Shown here piece by piece: positions 59,362 to 64,000 of a stretch of 64,000 bases of DNA. This DNA comes from Bilabrum cf. latius (lineage: Eukaryota). Position 1 is the first letter of the stretch, and every line of letters begins with the position of its first letter. The position numbers were made by a program, and so were the translations under genes. The notes under the pieces are model-generated. The model did no database searches. It saw only the letters and a list, made by a program, of their open reading frames with translations, and had not been told where the DNA came from. The stretch covers positions 992,001 through 1,056,000 of the forward strand of contig OZ237738.1 of the NCBI GenBank assembly GCA_965178125.1. The letters are read 5' to 3'.

Positions 59362-62083
59362 TCACCAGCAGGCAGCAGTCGCCGCCCAGTACCACAGCAG
59401 CATCGCCTCGATCGTGTCTGTGCTCACCCAAAACCGCCGCCCTATGCTAGTATCGATCGCGAGCGCAAACGGCGTGGGGGCATCGTGGTCCTTGGGGCAA
59501 GTGCTCACCCTGGCCCCTTGCCCCAGGGGAATGGCCCCTTTGAGAGGGGAGCCCTCCCCGTCATCCGCAGAGTACACCAGGCACGGAAACCCGTCTCCTA
59601 CTCCTAGCACTCGCGCCGCCCCCGCCTTGGTTGCAGTCTATTGCAGCGCTCGGTCCACAGACACGGGGGATACGCCAAGCGCTGCCGCCGCCTCCCCGGT
59701 GGGGCAGTACCGGAACCACCTCTTCTTCCAGCGACCTCCGTGCGGGTCCGATTTGTGCAGGAACCCAGCCAGCGGAAGGGTTTTCCTCGCCGCCATGGGG
59801 CCCCGCTGCAGCCCCGCATGCCCCCAGACGCCTTCCGCCAGCATGCCAACTATGGCGACCCCAGCCGAGCCAGAAGCAGTCGTGCTGGCAGTGCTGGAGC
59901 GAGCCAGCCTGCTCTTGCTCTTTCCCCGCCGTGTCCCCCCTGCCGCTTTGGGCCCGTTCTCCCCATTACCGCCCCTTTCCTCCCCATCCTCCTCCCCCTC
60001 TCCCGCACCACCCTCCTCCTCTTCCTCCTCGTCCCCGCCCAACCCAGCCCCAAGCCGATGCGCACCCCCTCTCGCACCTCCCTGCGACACGGCCAGCACA
60101 GGCCTCCCTACCTTGGGCATCAGCTTCCTCGTCTGCAGCATGGCGGCATACACCGTGTCCATCCAGGGAATGGCCTCATCCGCCGGCACGCACCGAAACA
60201 CGGCCGACAAGTCCCCGTGCCCGGACATGTCCGCGGCATGGTGGGCCCTGCCCCTCACGTGCGGCTTGCTGCTGGGCATGGGCACGACTCCCGGCCCCGG
60301 CCCCGGTCCCGGGCTGCCGATGGACGGGGCGGTGCTGGCTCCCGCCCCGGCGGAGGGGGGCGCCTCTCCTAAAGCGCCATCGGGGTGCTGCCCCGGCGCC
60401 TGGGGAACAGGCGCGGTTGCAACCGGGTCATCTGCCAGCAGAAAGGACCCCTGGCTCTTGGTCTCTTGGTCTTGCGCGTGCGACAGCGCGGCCCCCAGCT
60501 TGGCCCGCCGCAGGTCGAAGAGAGCCACGAGGCCCTCGAAGGCCTGGGAGGCAAAGGAGGTCTCCCGCAGGAGGACTGACTGCAGGTAGGGATCCAAGGA
60601 ACACAGCCTGCGACGCATGGCCGACGCTCCGGAGCCCCCCGAGGACGGTGAGGTCCGGATTCCCCACGCGGCCGGTGGGGGTGGGGGCGGGGGCGGGTCT
60701 GGCAAACTGGGGTCTTCCACGGCGTCTGAGTCGCCCAGGGTGGAAGCCAGGCTGCCGGATGCTTGCGTGTCGCTGTCTGTGCCTGCATCCTCGGTGCTGC
60801 CAGTCGGTGTGGCGCTCCTGCTGCTGCTGCTGCTGCTGCTGCCAGCCCCCGCAGCCCCGGGCCCCTTCTCATTGTCATCTTCATCGTCCGACTCTCCCTC
60901 GAGAACCACCGGCGTGTGCTCTAAGCCGTCCAGCAGGCCGTCCCCTCCCGCACCAGTCCCTGCACCAGACGCACCGACACCGACACCGCTGCTGCTACCG
61001 TCAGGCCCGGGGTCTGCGCCAGACCCGCTCCCACTGCTCCCCTCCACAGGCTCCTACGAAGCCCCCCCTTGCTCGAATCTGTCATAGGCCCTCTGCGCGG
61101 CGTCACACCTGTCCACCCATTTCTCCCTCAGCCTCCTCAGCCCCTCCAGCCCGTCGCTGAGCGCCGCCTGCTGCATCTCCTCCATCGCCTGCTGGCCAGC
61201 GATCACCTGGGCCGCGGTAATGGCTGCCTGCCGGCCCCCCATCCGCAATGTGTTCCTCAGGTGCTCCTGCGATGAGGGCGGCAGCTGCTGCGCGAACCGC
61301 GCCAGCAGCTCCACCGGCACCGAGGGCTTGCCCTTGAGCACAAGCATCAGGGCCGTGGACGGCTGCACGGCCGCGAACACGCGCCGCCAGCGGGACCGGC
61401 CTAGGCTGGCAGCAGCACTGGACGTTTCGTTCTGCAGGTACATGGCGCCCACGTGCGGCCGCAGGGACCAGCCCAGCGGGATGAGGACCGGCCCTGCAGT
61501 CAGCGGGGAGGGGCCGCTCTCCTCGTCGGGCTCGATGCCGGCTGCTCGCGCGGCTTCGGCGTCCCGTTTTCGGCGAGATTCTTCTGCTTCTAACAATTGC
61601 TAGGCTTCGAGTCGCTCCGCCCAGCGAGCAGCTGTCGCGTGGATTGACGGCTGGTGCACCACAACGGGCCACGGCTGACACAGGACGCGGCATTCTGCTT
61701 CATGCGATACGTTGAAGCGAGACGGCCGGCTCGTAGAATCATCAGCTTCGAACGATGAAACTAAGCTGAGAGCAGATTCCCCTTGCCTTGCCTCTGCTTC
61801 GGCTTTCATGAGCGAATCGTCCACGCCCTTGTACGGATCGGATGTTGGGGGCGGTGGCTTCGGCGGCGAACCTTGCCCAGGACCAGATCCTTTGGGTGAC
61901 GATGATCCTCCACTCCCTGGAGGTGGAGGTGGGGGTGGTGGTGACGCCTCCCCCTGCCTGCGGTGGTAAATGAATGGTAATACCTTGCTGACTCTTGGAT
62001 TGCACTCGATCCATGCGACTGAAGGGCGATCTTATCCCATCAACCGGGTCTAAGGCTTACCCATTATGTTCAGGACTACTCAT
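59362..62083 (-). CDS. PH-domain protein with Pro-rich segments
   Basis: C-terminal PH-like LAGFLHK..GRWKKRWF..CLVY..KGAIPL..RRFWV..W; a second partial PH-like stretch GAMYL..RWRRVFA. Probable intron at 61958-62060. TAG at 61600, 61054 and 59638. Ends at TGA. Confidence 0.7.
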
Positions 62084-62278
62084 GTGCGGAGTTTCTCCGC
62101 AGACTCTCCTGAATTTCGTCCACGAACAACGATACACGCGCAGGGTTGCTACCATTAAATATCTTCATCTTCTTCGGTGTGCACAACCAAAGGAAACCCT
62201 TTGACGCTCACAATTACGCATACACGGCTTCGTTTGTACTAAAAGGGGGAGTCAATCCAGTTTGTGTGTTGAATTAAT

Positions 62279-64000
62279 ATGCCCTGGGCCCCGATTCGTT
62301 CGCTACAGTGGCTTGCCCTGTCCGGCTTGCTCCTTGGCATAACCAGCGACAATCTTGCCCAAGGAATAGAGTGGCCTTCTTCGCTGTCTGACGTTACGCA
62401 ACGTAAGATCGACAGCAATAGATTGCTTGGATCAGGTGTGATGCGTTCTTCATGCTGCCAAACGGCCGTGTGTCTCGTATTCTTGAGTATACCCGCAGTG
62501 TTTCAACCAACGGACGCGAAAACCTGCCAAGCGCCAGGCTCTGGTCATTGGGATGGGCTGCCCCGAACAAGCATAGCTGCCAATATTGCGCCATAGCTGC
62601 AGTGCGCGGCCCAATCTGCATGGTGAGCAGTTGATGGTGTGGACCAACGTGTAGATTCAACATCGCACCGCCGAAGCCCGTCGCGCCCTTTTACAGTCCA
62701 TAAAGCCGCAGGGACATGAAGAGCCCGTTCACCGCTGTTGTGTTGCATAGCGTGTGGCCAGAGGCCGGAATCATGCTTACCAGGTCTATTGCAACTGCCG
62801 CACTCGCCAAAGCTGGCGATGATCGCGAGCGCAGCTCGTTCGGCCAATCAGCGCCGGACCACATGGCCTTTGCAGCATTTGAGTGAGCCTGTTTAGATAA
62901 ATGGTATGCTTGCCTATGATTCGTATTGTCTGTCTGGCCCTGTAGGACTCATTTTCTCCAGCTTCCATTTCGGGGAATGTCCACCCCTGTCTGCAACCAA
63001 AATCGCGCGGATGACCCATTAGTACCCCCAAACGAGCGCACCACATCCAATTCCCGTCCGCAGTGTGCTTCCTGGATCCACTGGAAGGCAGCAATCTCAG
63101 ACGCTGCTCAGGTTAGAGAGCCACCTGGCAACCGCGACCGCAGCGTGCGGCGGGAGCGCGGTGGTGGCGCTGCACGGAGCCGACAACTTGGGGCCGCGGG
63201 CGGCTGGCAGACTGGCTGAAATCGTGCTGATGTACTCGAGTGCATCGCATGATGGTGCATCCAGTGAGAGTCAAAGGGTCAGCAGCTGGCAGCAAGGAGC
63301 TGGAGATGCTTGCCGCGTCGCGGCCGCTGGTGGCAGCACTAGGCTTGGTGATGGTGACGAGGACCCGTACGACGAGCAAGATTTGGAAGATGCTGATGCT
63401 GATGCTGATGCTGCATCGAGCTCTGGGTCGAGGCGCGCAGGAGCCCGACCACAGAACCGGGTCCTGCTGCTTCTCACTGCCGCTGCAGGCGCCGGCCAGA
63501 TTCGGCAGCACTACCATGCGATGCACCGCGCCGTTTTGCTCCAGGCTGAGATCAACAGCACAGTTACAGCGGCACGGGCCTCTTCTTCTTCTTCATCGAC
63601 CTCTGGCCTGGCCCCGGAGGCACAGCAGGCGCTGGCCAAGGCTCGGGATGATGCAGCGGCCCACCTGTCGGCACTGCGGGATTCGCTCCCGCGAGACCTG
63701 CACAGGGCATTCTGGGCCCAGCACCAGGCGATGCGGGAGGGTGGAAGCGCGGGGGCGGTCGCCTGGCGGCAGCTGGCAGGCCGGTCCCTGTCTGTCCCTG
63801 TCCTGACCCATCTGCCCTGGGCCCCCGCTGCTGTGGCGCTGGGACTGCTGCGGCACGTCGCGGACTCGGAGTCAGAATGGAGCCGGGGCATGACGAGTGA
63901 CAAGCGCGAGCTCAGGCGCTGGGACCAGCTGGACCTCGGCCCGCTGCCGATGGCTGCCTCGGCGCTGGGAGGGTACCCGTGGCAGCAGCTGGAGCGGGTC
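62279..64000 (+). CDS. Hypothetical multi-exon protein with probable signal peptide, 3' truncated by the window
   Basis: Hydrophobic N-terminus and several GT-AG-like signals. One frame is open from ~63065 to the window end. Exon structure not resolved. Confidence 0.45.

Noticed and set aside
59147-61160. Long plus-strand ORFs (480 and 509 aa), and similar antisense ORFs elsewhere such as 37091-37957 and 7050-8057
   Set aside because: They are shadows of real genes on the opposite strand in GC-rich, stop-poor sequence and carry no domain motifs.
1-64000. Mass pseudogenisation or sequencing error as the cause of internal stops
   Set aside because: The interruptions are exclusively TAG, never frameshifts or internal TGA/TAA. 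They occur in essential genes with intact motifs and coincide with conserved Gln positions.
1-64000. Pyrrolysine, Leu, Tyr or Glu as the meaning of TAG
   Set aside because: The most constrained sites point to Gln. One site (GUCD1 GTD*D, usually Glu) is compatible with a conservative Gln. TAG is too frequent and scattered for pyrrolysine, and no pyl genes are in the window.
1-64000. Prokaryotic or phage origin with operons
   Set aside because: Spliceosomal GT-AG introns restore conserved motifs, and the genes (kinesin, Rheb, USP, SHQ1, PHD) are eukaryote-specific.

Overview
A compact, GC-rich eukaryotic nuclear segment with short GT-AG introns (mostly ~75-160 nt) and about 29 tightly packed protein-coding genes, often in head-to-head pairs. 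The style (high GC, Ala/Gly/Ser-rich insertions) suggests a heterotrophic stramenopile such as a Cafeteria-like bicosoecid, but that is inference only. The main result is a non-standard genetic code. In-frame TAG codons interrupt 25 of my 28 complete gene models, and several fall on residues that are Gln in the family motif (CofG 'QVPPNL', GH78 'DFGQ', GUCD1 'QxxxWDCGLAC', Ctr 'MMQMTF', phosphatase 'FVCLQ' and 'SPQT'). Genes end at TGA (24) or TAA (4), and I saw no internal TAA. The best reading is UAG=Gln with UAA and UGA kept as stops. The supplied ORF track is therefore fragmented, and all coordinates here are re-derived by hand with TAG read through. Other highlights: a CofH-CofG (FO/8-HDF synthase) fusion in the reverse order to FbiC, an RCC1 protein with a RanBP2-type zinc finger, a membrane-anchored bZIP, an AGC-like pseudokinase, a SUEL-GH78 fusion, and a secreted protein largely missing from the standard-code track.
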